Shown here: one piece after another, positions 24,537 through 38,047 of the stretch
How positions within the stretch are numbered: the stretch's first letter is position 1
Layout of the letters: each line of letters opens with the position of its first letter
Source of the DNA: Octopus vulgaris
Lineage: Eukaryota
Length of the DNA stretch: 64,000 bases
Reading direction: 5' to 3'
Assembly (NCBI GenBank): GCA_951406725.2
Contig: OX597824.1
Span: 10,292,001-10,356,000 of the forward strand
Position numbers and translations under genes: made by a program
The notes under the pieces: generated by a model
The model's database searches: none
What the model saw: the letters and a program-made list of their open reading frames with translations, nothing else
Told to the model about the DNA's origin: nothing

Positions 24537-26499
24537 TTAATGACATTAGCAATTCTATCTACTTAGTTTTTGTTCCTGGCTGCGTAAGTACTCATGTTAT
24601 TAAGAAAAAATAATTCTGAGGAAACCAACAGATTTGGAGTTGACGCACAGATCTTGTACCCCAAATGTATCAAGCTTTTAAATTTGTATTCTGTACAATG
24701 TCATATGTTTAGCTGTGAGAGTTGTAAAATGACATTCAACATATATATATTTTGTTTGACTCTGTATTTGTGAAGGATTGAAGATTCTTGTAGACAACAA
24801 TGATAAAAAAGATTAGTGACATAATACACTAAAGTTGATTTTATCTAATATCATATTGCTCCCTTTCTCTTTCTTTCCCTTCTCCCCCCTCTCTCTCGTT
24901 TGTCCAGTCAACTGAGATCTTGATTCAGGTTTGAAACAAAGAGGATTAACTGAGTTTGGCAGTTTTCTCACACTGCAACTGTACTATCTTTGATATCATC
25001 ATCATCATCATCATCATCATTTAATGTTCATTTTTCCATCATGCTAGCATGAGTCCCACAGAATTTGATGAGGCCATTTTTTGGGTGGGGGTGGGGGTGG
25101 GGGGTTGTGATTGGATACCCTTCTTGTCGCCAACAGCCATGTTTTTCCAAGAAAGCTAATATTTCCCATCATCAGACATGCTTTTCGTAGAAGACAGGAA
25201 ACGAATAACATTGCTCATTTACAACCATCACATGATGTTGAAACAAGGGTACACATATACACTCACTCACACACACACACACACATACACACACCATGGA
25301 CTTCTTTCATTTCTGTCTATCAAATTCTCTCACGGCTTTGGTTGGCCCAGGGATACATGAGAGGATACTTGCCCAAGGTGCCATGTCATGGAGCTGAACC
25401 TGAGGCCACATTGCTCGGAAACAAGCTTCTTAACTACACAGCCATATCTGCACCAGATATTTTAATTAATTTTAGTTTTATTGTCATTTAAAACATTTAT
25501 TTCACTGTGTGTGTTTCATCGTGTGACATGTGCTAGAAAGGTTGTCTAATGCAGAAGAATTAAAGGGTCACTATTAGCTTCTATCAGTCCTTATTAAGAG
25601 CTGTAAGTCAATGTCCAAACTAAATGTTTTTTCAAGTTGCTTTGGAGTGTATTGTGGAGGTCTGTGGCATAGTGGTTAGTGTGTTGAACTCATGATCATA
25701 AGATTGTGGTTTCAATTCCTGTACTGGGCAATGTCTTGTCTTCTTGAGCAAAACAATTAATTTCATATTACTCCAGTCCACTTAGTTGGCAAAAAATGGA
25801 TATTTCTGTGACAGATCAGTGACCCATCCATGTAAGAGAATCTGGTAAACCAGCCCTATGAGTCTCTATGACACAGAAAGGAGCTTTATCCTTTTTCATT
25901 TACAATTCCTTTGAAATAAGTAGCTTACACTTGCGTCAAAAACTAGTGTAGGTTGCATATTTGGTTGATTTCATGATATCCATGAAAACATAATCTGCAA
26001 GCTTCACGTGCATGAAATTTTTTTCTGTCAAGGGTTGATGTAATTGACAAATTCCTTCCCTTAAAATTGCTGGCCTTGTGCCAGAATTTGAAAACCTTGA
26101 ATTGGTGTGAGGAACACAATGTAAAATGGTTCTTGCATAAAATTCTGATGGATAGTCTTTAATTTAAAATATGAACGTTTTAAAACAAGATGTTTTGTGT
26201 CTTAGAATCAGAGGCCATCTCTGGTGGTTAGCCTAATATCCAGGGGCAGGGGTGCAAAAGTAGGTAAACAGTAAGTATTATATCAATGTCATAATACTTA
26301 ATTCATTAAAATTATTAGCACATTAAATTAGTTAGCTTCATTTTTTATAATTTCAGTGTCATTAATCATATTAATACATTTATCATAACTATAATAATAC
26401 TTAATAAATGAGTATTGTACGTGTTTTCCCTTTTCATAACTATATACCTACTTTCATACCACCCTGTATATATTTAGCTTTAAAAGAAAAGAAAAAGGC

Positions 26500-27271
26500 A
26501 CTAGTGCTGGTGCCACGTAAAAAGCACTGGTGCCATGTAAACAGTACTGGTGCTGGTGCCACGTAAAAAGGCACTGGTGCCATGTAAACAGTACTGGTGC
26601 TGGTGCCACGTAAAAAGTACTGGTGCCACGTAAAAAGCACTGGTGCTGGTGCCACGTAAAAAGAACTGGTGCTGGTGCCACATAAAAAGCACTGGTGCCA
26701 GTGCCATGTAAAAAGCACTGGTGATGGTGCCACGTAAAAAGCACTGGTGATGGTGCCACATAAAAAGCATTGGTGCCACGTAAAAAGCACTGGTGCCATG
26801 TAAACAGTACTGGTGCTGGTGCCATGTAAACAGTACTGGTGCTGGTGCCACGTAAAAAGCACTGGTGCCATGTAAACAGTACTGGTGCTAGGTAAAAAGT
26901 ACTGGTGCTGGTGCCACGTAAAAAGCACTGGTGCCACGTAAAAAGCACTGGTGCTGGTGCCACGTAAAAGGCACTGGTGCCATGTAAAAAGCACTGGTGC
27001 TGGTGCCACGTAAAAAGAACTGGTGCTGGTGCCGCATAAAAAAGCACTGGTGCCGGTGCCACGTAAAAAGCACTGGTGATGGTGCCACATAAAAATCACC
27101 CAGTACACTCTGTAAAGTGGTTGGTGTTAGGAAGGCATCCAGCTGTAGAAACCAAATCGAAACATACTACAGAACCTGGTGCATCCCTTGGCTTTACCAG
27201 CTCCTATCAAGCCATCCAACCCATGCCAGCATGGAAAACGGATGTTAAATGATGTTGATGATGATGATGAT
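26500..27271 (+). repeat. Minisatellite (tggtgccacgtaaaaagcac variants) expanded inside a family A SINE
   Basis: 20/26-bp units from 26500 to 27090, then the SINE 3' end; a smaller expansion lies at 12808-13020. Confidence 0.9.
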
Positions 27272-27847
27272 CATCGCATCAGTGGTTTTGTGTTGTGTCC
27301 TTCGCCAAACACTGAACACTAAACTATAACTGAAATTAAAGTCAGTTACTAAAAACTAAATCTGAAGACGGTAACTATATGGAAACTTGAATTTATATAA
27401 TTTTGTGATTTAGGGTTCAAAGATTGAATCTTCCATTATTAGAAAGATCAAACAACTATGGAAGGTATAGAAAAACGTTTTTGTGAGATTGTGAAGTAAC
27501 CAGACACATTTGAAACTTAACAACAATGCTTCCTTTAGGTTCTGAATTCTGTATGTTATCTGTTTTTGCTAGACAATATGACTGGTAATAATTAATATGC
27601 ATGTGGCATACATTCTAACTGTACTCATTTGTCAGTTGATAGAATACAGCATTAAAATCAATAACGAAGCAAACGAGATGTATATGTTTTTCTAGGGCTA
27701 ATAGCTCTGTGTTGGAAATGTGGAGCAGTTTAACCAACTTACCTAAAGAAAAAGAGAAAAAGTTGAAGAGTGAGTCAGCAAATTTTAATCTAAACTGCAA
27801 AATAAATTCGTACAAGTTAACAGTAAAATGACAGTGGCGAACATTAA

Positions 27848-28408
27848 CCCTTTCGTTACAGTATTTATTTTGAGATGAGGGCGCGTGGCTTAGTGGTTAG
27901 GGCATTCGGCTCATGATCGTAAGGTTGTGAGTTCGATTCCCGGCGACGCGTTGTGTCCTTGAGCAAGACACTTTATTTCACGTTGCTCCAGTCCACTCAG
28001 CTGGCAAAAATGAGTTGTACTTGTATTTCAAAGGGTCAGCCTTGTCACTCTCTGTGTCACGCTGATTATCCCCGAGAACTACGTTAAGGGTACACGTGTC
28101 TGTGGAATGCTCAGCCATTTGCACGTTAATTTCACAAGCAAGCTGTTCCGTTGATCGTATCAGCTGGGACCCTCGTCGTTGTAACCGGCGGAGTCTTTTT
28201 TTATATATTTTGAGATGCTCTGTGTTTATTGCAATTACTTTAAATATAACAAAATAATTTAGTAAAATAATTTAGCTATCATTCAGCTAGTGTTAGGAAC
28301 ATAAATTGTGACTAAAGTTTGGAGGAAGATTTTAACTCAAAACTTATGAAAACAAGACATTTGTACTCAGAGCCAGAGCCGGTTTCAGCCGGGTTGGTAA
28401 CGAAAGGG
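27848..28408. mobile_element. TTAA MITE carrying a nested tRNA SINE (27878-28205)
   Basis: TIR ccctttcgttac / gtaacgaaaggg; nested SINE flanked by duplicated tattttgagatg. Confidence 0.85.
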
Positions 28409-29902
28409 TTAAAGACCAGGTGGTTAAAAAATTCTCATAGATTATAGGCTCATCTGAAAATTTCATCTGTCAAAACTTAGCTGACCTCCTCAACCTGGAA
28501 ACATATGTAAAGAACAGGTATTTTTTTTTTAATGGCTAATTCCTAACAGTGTGAATTAATGGATTCTGTACAATTAAAATTTTATGTAGGATATATAAAA
28601 GCATAAGGAGTATCTGTTCTTCCACAACATTGCTGATATATTCTACGCATACTTTTTGAAATTTCATAAATTCATTTATCATGGAACGGACCTGTTCTTA
28701 AGCTGCAGTCTTACTCAGCCATAAATGGGCAGGGAACCTGTGAAGCCGTTTCAAAATTTCATATCAGGTTGCATGTCTGTTGCAACCAAAACCTTATCAA
28801 TACAACGTGAATAACTGAGAATTTGTAATTTAAAAATTTCTTAAGGTGGTGCCCCAGCATGGCCACAGTCCAATAACTGAAACAAATGTAGTGGTGACTA
28901 AAGAGAACGTTTCAAAGAGCTAAGTAATTCACTCTGACAGTTATAGTTCTGATTGTTTCCAGTTATTTCTGTAAGAAAAGGCTCTGTTTTTTTTTTTTGT
29001 CTTTTACTTGTTTCAGTCATTGGACTGCAGCCATTCTGGAGCACTGCTTTGAGTGGCTTGAAATTGCCCCAAGTACCCTTTTTTTCTTTTCTTTTCTTAA
29101 GTCTTGTACTCATTCTGTCAGTCTCTTTTACTAAGGAGGCTGTAAACAAACCAACACCTGTTGTCAAACATTGGATGGGTGGGGACAGGCATGTGATGAA
29201 CACAGACACAGAGACATCTATATATCTCTCTAGTTGTTTGTTTGTGTGTGTGTGTGTGTGTGCATCAAGCTCCCACACTCTTTCTCTCTAGCAAATTCAC
29301 TCACATGGCATTGGTTGACCGATGGCTATAGTAGAAGACACTTGCCCAAGTAACTGTATTGGAACTACAAGAAATTTTAAATATTTCCTAATGAAATGTA
29401 TTAGTGATAGATCAGAGATTCGTTTCAATCATGTTTGACAAAATTAACCATTTAAAAAACAAATAATTAAATAAATAAAATCTTACACTGGAAAATCAAA
29501 TTTTCCACCCATTCATGCTCGATAAATTATGGACCTGACTTGGAAAATTTTTTTTTTTTAACTGATTGATTATATCTCTCGTATTTGTGCTATTAATAAA
29601 TACTACAACCATAAATTGAGAATCTCTATACAATTTCTTGGAGGCACATGGCCTAGTGGTTAGAGCAGCAGACTCGCGGTCGAGGGATGTAGTGTCATCA
29701 ACACTACAAAGTGTACAACAGAGGATGATGATGATGAAACTATATCTGCACCAACTGCCACATATGTAATTTGTGCATTTGAGTATTGATAGACTTTAAA
29801 AGACTTCTTCATTGTAATAATTTGATTGTAAAATAACTATTTGTGTTCAATTTTCTCATTTTTCATTTACTGTATTTACTTGTGTATAAGTTGCATCCCT
29901 AA

Positions 29903-30355
29903 TCTATACATATAAAGCTGAAGTTGTCTGTGTGTGTGTGTATGTGTGGCAGGTTTTGTAGCCTTCAACTAACACTATCCCCTCCGAGACCCTGCGGTGC
30001 AAGTTGACCAAAATCGAGAGTATGATAGAAGAAGGCTTGCTCTTCCTTCCGTAGAAGATAAAATTCAAATCGGACCATGTTAAGACCAAAAATTATTTAC
30101 ATCAAAAAGGTGCTTTTTTTCTATGAAAATCCCTTTCTTTTACAATTTTTTTTGACTTCTGTGTCACCATTTTTCGGTGTATTTCAACCAGAAAAATGTT
30201 CACTTAACGAGAATAACAAGCTACATAATGCAAAATTTTTGCTTTTCAAAATATATTGAAACTATGTCAAAACTTTGTTAATGCGACATCAAAGTCTGCC
30301 ATTTTAAGCTCAACTAAAAAAAACGTACCCGAGCAACGCCGGGCTATACTGCTAG
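29903..30355 (+). mobile_element. Non-autonomous Helitron
   Basis: 5' TC, subterminal hairpin cccgagcaacgccggg, 3' CTAG, inserted between A and T, no TSD. Confidence 0.85.
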
Positions 30356-30702
30356 TTTAATGTTAAATTTTGATACAGACTTTATACCCTTCATAGTTTT
30401 AGCTTTGCCCCATCTATAAGTTATGCCCTCACTTTATTTTTTATTTATAATTAAGTATTGAATAATGTGACATATACACAAGAAAATATTGGGTCTTCCC
30501 ATAAATAATGCAGTTATTTTATACTTCTTTTATCTTTCAAAGTTAAGATAAACAAAGTGTTTTCATTAGAAGAAATACTTAGAAAGATTAGGTTTTGTAA
30601 CTAAATTAGGGATTTTTTCAAATCAAATTTTTTTCCAACCCTAAAACCACTTCATTTCTTTTTCTTGTTTGACACCTTTTTTTCTTCTTTTTTTTTCCAT
30701 AT

Positions 30703-31120
30703 AGGCGCAGGAGTGGCTGTGTGGTAAGTAGCTTGCTTACCAACCACATGGTTCCGGGTTCAGTCCCACTGCGTGGCACCTTGGGCAAGTGTCTTCTACT
30801 ATAGCCTCGGGCTGACCAAGGCCTTGTGAGTGGATTTGGTAGACGGAAACTGAAAGAAGCCTGTCATATGTATATGTATATATATGTATGTATATGTGTG
30901 TATGTCTCTGTGTTTGTTTCCCCAACATTGCTTGACAACCAATGCTGGTGTGTTTATGTCCCCGTAACTTAGCGGTTTGGCAAAAGAGGCCGATAGAATA
31001 AGTACTGGGCTTACAAAGAATAAGTCCTGAGGTTGATTTGCTCGACTAAAGGCGGTGCTCCAGCATGGCCACAGTCAAATGACTGAAACATGTAAAAGAA
31101 TAAAAGAAAGAATAAAAAGA
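30703..31120 (+). mobile_element. tRNA-derived SINE family B
   Basis: ggcgcaggagtggctgtgtggtaag...gggttcagtccc head; another + copy at 20530-20940. Confidence 0.8.
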
Positions 31121-31442
31121 ATCTAATTATTTTTCCTGTTGCCAATCACTCAACCATGAAATAGGAAAAGGAGATAAGTAAAGACAGATGTTAATATATT
31201 TGGGGATCTTCTGTTTGTAATTAGCGAGTTATGAGGTCAATGACCTATTTAATGTAAAGTTTTACATGGCCACAGTTTCTGTCTGTGTGTATCTTTGTAA
31301 CCTTGGGTTGACCCCCAAGTGTTGTGAGTGAAATTTGATAGACTAAATTGTGTGAGGAAACCTTCCAAATAAATTGTATCTAATTCAAGTCCAGTCTTGT
31401 CACAGAATGCATTACTCTCATTTTGCCTGAAGATTATGTTAA

Positions 31443-32103
31443 CCCTTTTGTTACCAACCCAGCTGAAACCGGCTCTAGTTCTGAGTACAAATGTCTATTT
31501 TCATACATTTTGAATTAAAATCTTCCACCAAACCTTAGTCACAATCTATGTTCCTATCACTAGCTTAATGATAAATAAGTTATTTTACTAAAATCTTGGA
31601 TCTTTTCGGTTTGAACGGCAGTTTTTTCTAGCAGTGTCATATGAAATTGCCACCCATAATTATGACCCTAGTATTGATCTATTGCATTTCAATCTATTTT
31701 AGGGTTAGGGTTAGTTAGGGCTAGGGTCAGGGGTGGGGAGAAGGATATCTTTGTTTTCTTCAGAAATGTAAATAAACCCAATCTGTTTCTTAAACAAGGG
31801 ACATATTCATATGGCACAGAATGTTTTTTTACCTCAATGGACGTCAGTGATTGGTTGAAATTGCAGAAATTGAAGAAAAAAACAACAAATGTCTTACAAA
31901 CTATAGAATTTTCTCAATAAAGCCAAGAGAAAAAGATGTTTTATAAACACATTCTACCAGTATACGAAGTTTAAAAGTGTTTAGTTACCTAGAAATTATG
32001 TTAAAAACTGCCGTTCAAACCGAAAAGATCCAAATTCTTTGTTATATTTAAAGTAATTGAAAGAAACCCAGAGCATCTCAAAATAAATACAGTAACGAAA
32101 GGG
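31443..32103. mobile_element. TTAA MITE carrying a nested second MITE
   Basis: Same family as 15227-15429, split at 31597/32032. Confidence 0.8.
31598..32031. mobile_element. MITE with 29-bp TIRs and 8-bp TSD (Merlin-like GG termini)
   Basis: ggatcttttcggtttgaacggcagttttt / aaaaactgccgttcaaaccgaaaagatcc; TSD aaaatctt / aaattctt. Confidence 0.8.
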
Positions 32104-32670
32104 TTAAGAGTATATGTGTCTGTGGAATACTCAGTCACATGCTTGCTCAAGTCAATGCGCAGGTTGCACATTTGATCAAACGACATAGGTGCAGTCATGT
32201 CTGTGTAGTTAAGAAGCTCGTTTTGCATCCACAGGATTTCAGGTTCACTCCTACTGCACAGCACTTTGGGCACGCATCTTCTACTATAGCCCCAGGTGAA
32301 CCAATGTCTTGTGAGTGAATTTGGCCGATAGAAAATGAGTGGAAGCCTGTCATATGTGTGTGTGTCTTTTACTTGTTTCAGTCTTAAGACTGTGGTCATG
32401 CTGGAGCTATAGTAGAAGACACCTGCTGAATGTGCCAGTTTTTTTGTCTTTTTTTTGTGGGTTGGGATTTCAATACATGTCTGTCATCAAACTACAATAC
32501 ATGTGGGCTGTTTAGGAAGATAAGCAATGTGATGCAACCGGTAAGTGCAGATATGCCTGGCAAATATTGATTAAATGTCTCCCTGCTGTGTTTATTTTAT
32601 ATTCTGTCAAAGTGTTTATATAACAAATGTATGTTTAATAATTCCTTGTTTTTCTCTATATTTTTTCCAG

Positions 32671-32899
32671 TGGTGGACTGACCAATTATCTGTATATTTG
32701 TTCTCTTCCAAATGAAATTCCAGTATTGAGGCCAGATGAACCACGTAAAGTACTACTACGAGTGTATGGACACATTGCGAAGACAAGTGCTGGCTTTGTT
32801 GTGAGAAACTCTGTAATATTTGCTATTCTTTCAGAAAAGTGTCTTGGCCCCAAATTGTTTGGTGCCTTCCCAGATGGAAGGCTTGAAGAATACATTCCT
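32671..32899 (+). CDS. CHKA: Choline/ethanolamine kinase, first visible coding exon (5' exon not found in window)
   Basis: ttttttccag acceptor, gtaag donor; reads (x)GGLTNYLYICSLPNEIPVLRPDEPRKVLLRVYGHIAKTSAGFVVRNSVIFAILSEKCLGPKLFGAFPDGRLEEYIP, matching the choline kinase N-lobe. The symbol denotes an invertebrate CHKA/CHKB co-ortholog. Confidence 0.96.
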
Positions 32900-33558
32900 G
32901 TAAGAATGATTTGGATTTTATTTACATTTTCACTTGTTCTTGCTTATATTTTTGCAATGTTGGCATTGGTGAAATGTCATTTTGAAAATTTGAATATTAC
33001 CTGAGTAAACTGTTTATTTTCCATATGGATGCCTTGTCTGTTTCTAACAGCCATTCAGCCATGTAGTTAGAATGGATTTTATACATTTTGAACCTAGGTT
33101 ATCTTACACAGCCACAGTGAGGTACTTTGCATTCGACTTGTGACTATGTAATCACTAGACCAGCAACTTACCCCAACAGCTACCGTGAATCTGCTTCTAT
33201 TCATTCATTTATTTATTTGTATGCATTATAGTTAGTACAGATAGTAAAAGGCTAATACCATAGGTTTCTAAGATTACAGATCTGTAATTGGGTTGGAGAG
33301 TATTTGGTTGATTGACCCTTTAATGTTTAAACTGGCCATATCCAGCCCAAATATTCTACATGATTTATATTTGAACTAGCCATATCTAGCCTCTCACACC
33401 TAACCTACATTGACATTCTAAAAATAAATAATCACATCATTGAAACCTCAAAGCTGTGAGATAATGCAGGATTAATTCAAAACAATTTGAGTGAAAAAGC
33501 TTTACATTTAACAGAGTAATCTGAACATTAAAGGGTTAAGTCCAATTTTGGTTTAATT

Positions 33559-33869
33559 CAGTGGTTCTTCAACTGGAGTCCCTATGATACCTTGGGATCT
33601 ATGTAAGACTTTTGGGGGTTAGTGCAGGCAAAATAGTAAATTGGGGATCTACAGCAGTATTTTAAAGGGTCTGTGAAAAAATGTTACTTTGAATGTGTTT
33701 ATTACATATTACAAGAAACAGTTCTTTCTCTAATGTGTGTAAAATAAAACAGTAATTTTGAGAGAAGTATCTATAGAACTAGTTTTTAAACATCAACTGG
33801 TTATGGAGGTCCACCAGAATAGAATAGTAATCAAAGGGGTCGATAGATAAAAATGGTTGAGAACCACTG
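33559..33869. mobile_element. hAT (Charlie-like) MITE
   Basis: TIR cagtggttcttcaac / gttgagaaccactg; perfect 8-bp TSD gtttaatt. Confidence 0.85.
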
Positions 33870-34189
33870 GTTTAATTGAAGTGGCGCAATGGTTTATGCA
33901 CCCCATCTGGGTTCAGTTTTGGAGTAGAAAAATGATTTACTATCAATTTAAGTATGTGACCCACACCTTCTTCCTTCACCTTCTCCTCCAGCTTGATATT
34001 CACTATAGACCATAACTCTACTGTGTTCACTATATTATATAGCGAGAAAAAACTATTAAACTTCCAGTATTCTTGCCTTAGCTATTGTAATACTGATCCC
34101 AGCTCTCAACAACTCTAATACCATGGTATCTAATATCATGGTATACACAAAACTGCCCATATTCCAATAGTCCGTCCATCAATCCATCT

Positions 34190-34790
34190 TTGTCATCCAC
34201 TGTTCCTAGAACAGTCATTGGAGTAGAGTCCTCAGGCACCTCCTCTATTGGGTTCTATCAAAAACAGCCACCAGAATTCTTTCCTGCTGGATTTCCAAAT
34301 ATAACCAACTGAGGCTTTGGATATTATTCAACCATTTCACTAATTCTCATGCTGATTGGTTCAGCTTGAAGAATCTGTTTTGCAATCCTTTCACATAACA
34401 TTCTAACCACAATAACCATAGTATTGGAGCTGTGACCTTTGAATGCGGAGAAATAACAGTTCAATCTAGAAAGGCTCTCTGATTTTCAAGCTATGCACCC
34501 TGTTGAGTAACATGACCAAAGAGATCCTTTGAAGTAATTTTGGCTGCTTGCATTTGTGATCAAACACTTTCAGTCATTATCCACCATTCATGATCAGAGG
34601 TGAGGATAGGCACAAAATCCAAATTGAAGATAACAAGTTTGGCCTTTTTACCGACCACTCCTCATTTGAGGAATGACCACTGGTGTATTACTGTACCAGC
34701 ACCTGCAATTCTAAGATCCAATTTCACCTTCTGCCTCCCAACACTAATGAATACAGCCCCAGGATACTTAAATTACAGCCAATGTCCTAA
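34190..34790 (-). mobile_element. Decayed RTE (Expander-like) LINE fragment
   Basis: Minus: AKLVIFNLDFVPILTSDHEWWIMTESV*SQMQAA...IELLFLRIQRSQLQYYG, with stops. Confidence 0.7.
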
Positions 34791-35030
34791 AGTGGAAGCT
34801 TCTTAAATGATGAAGCAAAATTACAACTAGTAAAAACTTTTATCTTAGTTTTATGTAAGAACCTTGTATTAAGTTCTACTATTTCAAATACCAGCTGAAT
34901 ATGCTGGTTAATTATAACCAACTCCAAATGTTTAATTTTGAAAATATTAATTGAATTACATAATTAGTCTGTTGTTGTCAAGAACAATATGAATAAATGG
35001 CTATGCTTGGAATTTTTTTAATTTTTGTAG

Positions 35031-35164
35031 GCTCGTTGTCTTTCAAGAACTGATCTTCTGAATCCGGTAATATTTAAAGGTATTGCAACAAAATTGGGGT
35101 ATTTTCACACTTTGGAAATGCCTTTATGTAAGCGACCCAAATGGTTACATGATGTCATGTACCG
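35031..35164 (+). CDS. CHKA: Choline kinase coding exon
   Basis: tttttgtag / gtaagt; phase 0 in, phase 2 out; ARCLSRTDLLNPVIFKGIATKLGYFHTLEMPLCKRPKWLHDVMY(R). Confidence 0.94.
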
Positions 35165-35802
35165 GTAAGTTTATACGCTTATTACCTTGTGTGTTTTAAT
35201 AATCATAAAATTATTTCTTGAAAAATATATTTGTATATTTTGCATATATTTTACTCATTCAAAACTAATGATTAAATCCATCATTATTCTGAGATTCTTC
35301 TGGCATGACTGTATCCAAACAGAATACTTAGTATCAACAGAATGTATTGAGTACATTTTTCTGCTATTGTATACCCATTTGTGTGTGTGTATTTATTTAT
35401 AGCTCTCTCTGTCTCTCAGTCTCTCTCTGTCCCTCTCAGTCTCTCTTCACACACACAGAATCATTATTTAACATCCATTTTCCATGTTGACATGGGTTGG
35501 ACTTTTTGACAGGAGATGGCAAGCTAGAGCACTGTGCTAAACTCCAGTGTCTTCTTTGGCATGGTTTTTATGGCTGGATGTCCTTTGTATACATGCCTGT
35601 ATGTGCACGTGCACATGCGCGCACACACATGCAACAGGCATCCACACAGTTTCCATCTACCAAATTCACTCACAAGTCATTGGTCAGCTTAAGGCCACAG
35701 TAGTATACACTTACCCAAAGTACCATGCAGGGAGACTGAACCCAACACCTCATGATTGCAAAGTGAGCTTCTTAACCACATAGCCATGCGCGCACCTGCA
35801 TC

Positions 35803-35852
<50 letters not shown>

Positions 35853-36017
35853 GTGTTGGCTAAGGGTATTCATGCCACACTACTCTGATGTAAGCATAAG
35901 TAGGAAGAAAGGAGACTGTTTTAGCTCAAGCATTGAATATGAGTCCTAAACTTTGGTTCAACATCCAACAAATACTGTGATGCTGGTACCTCTCTCTCTA
36001 CATGCATATGTGTGTAA

Positions 36018-36073
<56 letters not shown>

Positions 36074-36079
36074 GGAGAG

Positions 36080-37718
36080 AGAGGATGCTCATACAAAAGT
36101 TGAGTTTGCATCTAAAGGAAAGAGAACACAATATACCATCCAAAAATAAAAATATTTTTAAAAGTCAAAGAATGCCGACTAGATTATTGCTGGGAGGTAA
36201 CTGTTTACTCAGAGTAGCTACCCTCAGCTTCCACTACAGCTCAAGGCAGCTCTGGAACCTGATGTATGAGTTCTTCACTGTGTCTCTGAGAAGATCTTTT
36301 AAGCACCTCCTTGATCTTGGCCACCAGCTCGGCAGTTGGTGTTGTGGACAAAGTGGTTAGGATCTTTCTCAACCATGCCCCAAACTTAGTAATCCATGGG
36401 ATTACAAACAGGGGAATTAGGAGGCCAGAAATTGGGGCTGGTGAAGTTGTAGAAATTCTCCAACAACCACTTCTGACTCTTTCTAGAGTTAAGGCAAGGA
36501 GCCAAATCCTGCTGCCACACATATGGCCTTCTAACAGTAACCATCTCCAACCAGGGTTTGATCGCAGTCTGCAGCAGCTTCACATAGCCATCTGAATTGA
36601 GCCTAAGGCCCTGTTCACAGAGGTGGGACAGGTATGGTGTCACCCTCACTGGAGACACGCAAAGACCACCAGAGTTTGGAGAACTTGCATTTCATGATAC
36701 ATGGGACATCACATGAATCGTTGGCAAGTCCACTTGTTGTTCTGGAAGTTGTGCAACTCATACTGCCAGGAGTTCTTTTCAGCTAAGAAGAACCAGATCA
36801 TCCCCAGCTCCACCGGAAGTTACAGCTTGTTCGGGAGCTTCTTTGCATCCATCAAGCAGTTCTCATGGGCCTTTGCTATCAGAATATGTCTCTTGCACTT
36901 CTTTTACAGGTTGTAGCAAAGGTCCTCATTACGGGTGACTCACTTATCTCTCTCTCACAAAAGCCTGGATTCCCTTACTCAGATCTTCCATTACCTTGTT
37001 CATCATCATCATCATCATCTTTTAACGTCCACTTTCCATGCTAGCATGGGTTGGACGATTTTGACTGAGGTCTGGCGAACCAGATGGTTGCACCAGGCTC
37101 CAATCTTGATTTGGCAGTTTCTACAGCTGGATGCCCTTCCTAACGCCAACCACTCCGAGAGTGTAGTGGGTGCTTTTTACGTGCCACAGGCACGGGGGGG
37201 GGGTCAGTCAGGCGGTACTGGCAACGACCTCGCTCAAATCCTTTTACACATGCAACCAGCGCAGGTGCCAGTAAGGCGACTTTGGTAACGATCACGCTCG
37301 AATGGTGCCCTTTTATGTGCCACTGGCACGGAAGCCAGTTGGCTGCTCTGGCAACGATCACGTTAGATGAATTCCAACATGTGGACACAATCAGGATGCC
37401 TGCTGTATTCCTGCTGGCCATGGTTTCATAGTGTCCGTTGCAGTTGTCCATGTCTTGTCTTACCGCCTTTACAGTGTCCACAGATCATTGAGTAGCAATC
37501 ATGTTGTTGGCATTTTGACATCCAGTGTGAATCACCATGGCACAGGTAACTCTTTCCCAATATTCAGATGGCTTCCAGTCCTGCATAACAGCCTAACCGT
37601 TTCTCAATTACAACTTCAATCTTTATACATTCCAGTGTCATTGATCGTTCACCAATACATCAACCCGGTTCTGAACAAAAGGGAGACAAAGGTTCATCAG
37701 ATTTAACCTGAACATACT
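36080..37718 (-). mobile_element. Decayed maT (DD37D) Tc1/mariner transposon, interrupted by a SINE
   Basis: VWQQD-x37-D spacing counted in QQDLAPCLNSRKSQKWLLENFYNFTSPNFWPPNSPVCNPMDY; frameshifts; ends approximate. Confidence 0.8.
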
Positions 37719-37767
37719 ATGTATGTATGTGTGTGTATATGTATGTATGTGTGTGTGTGTATATATA

Positions 37768-37822
<55 letters not shown>

Positions 37823-37893
37823 TTAGTTACATACATATACACATTTTCGTTTGTAAAAGTACATTAACACCAGTTTGACATCTTCTCTTTCAG

Positions 37894-38001
37894 ATGGTTA
37901 AGTGAAGTAAAAGAGGCCTTTCTCTGTAATGGTTTGTGGAAGCATGAAGAATTGCGGAAGTTTCTACCAAAGAATCTTGAGAAGGAAATGCATGACTTAA
38001 T
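37894..38001 (+). CDS. CHKA: Choline kinase coding exon
   Basis: ctctttcag / gtaagt; phases fit both neighbours; (R)WLSEVKEAFLCNGLWKHEELRKFLPKNLEKEMHDL(M). Confidence 0.9.
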
Positions 38002-38047
38002 GTAAGTATTGCATCACAGTTATTATAATGTATGTTATATCATCCTA

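Noticed and set aside
26440-27108. 202-222 aa repetitive ORFs
   Set aside because: Minisatellite inside a SINE.
32900-33004. Hydrophobic extension of ORF 32726-33004 suggesting a membrane anchor
   Set aside because: Read-through past a clear gtaag donor into T-rich intron; the next exon continues the kinase in phase.
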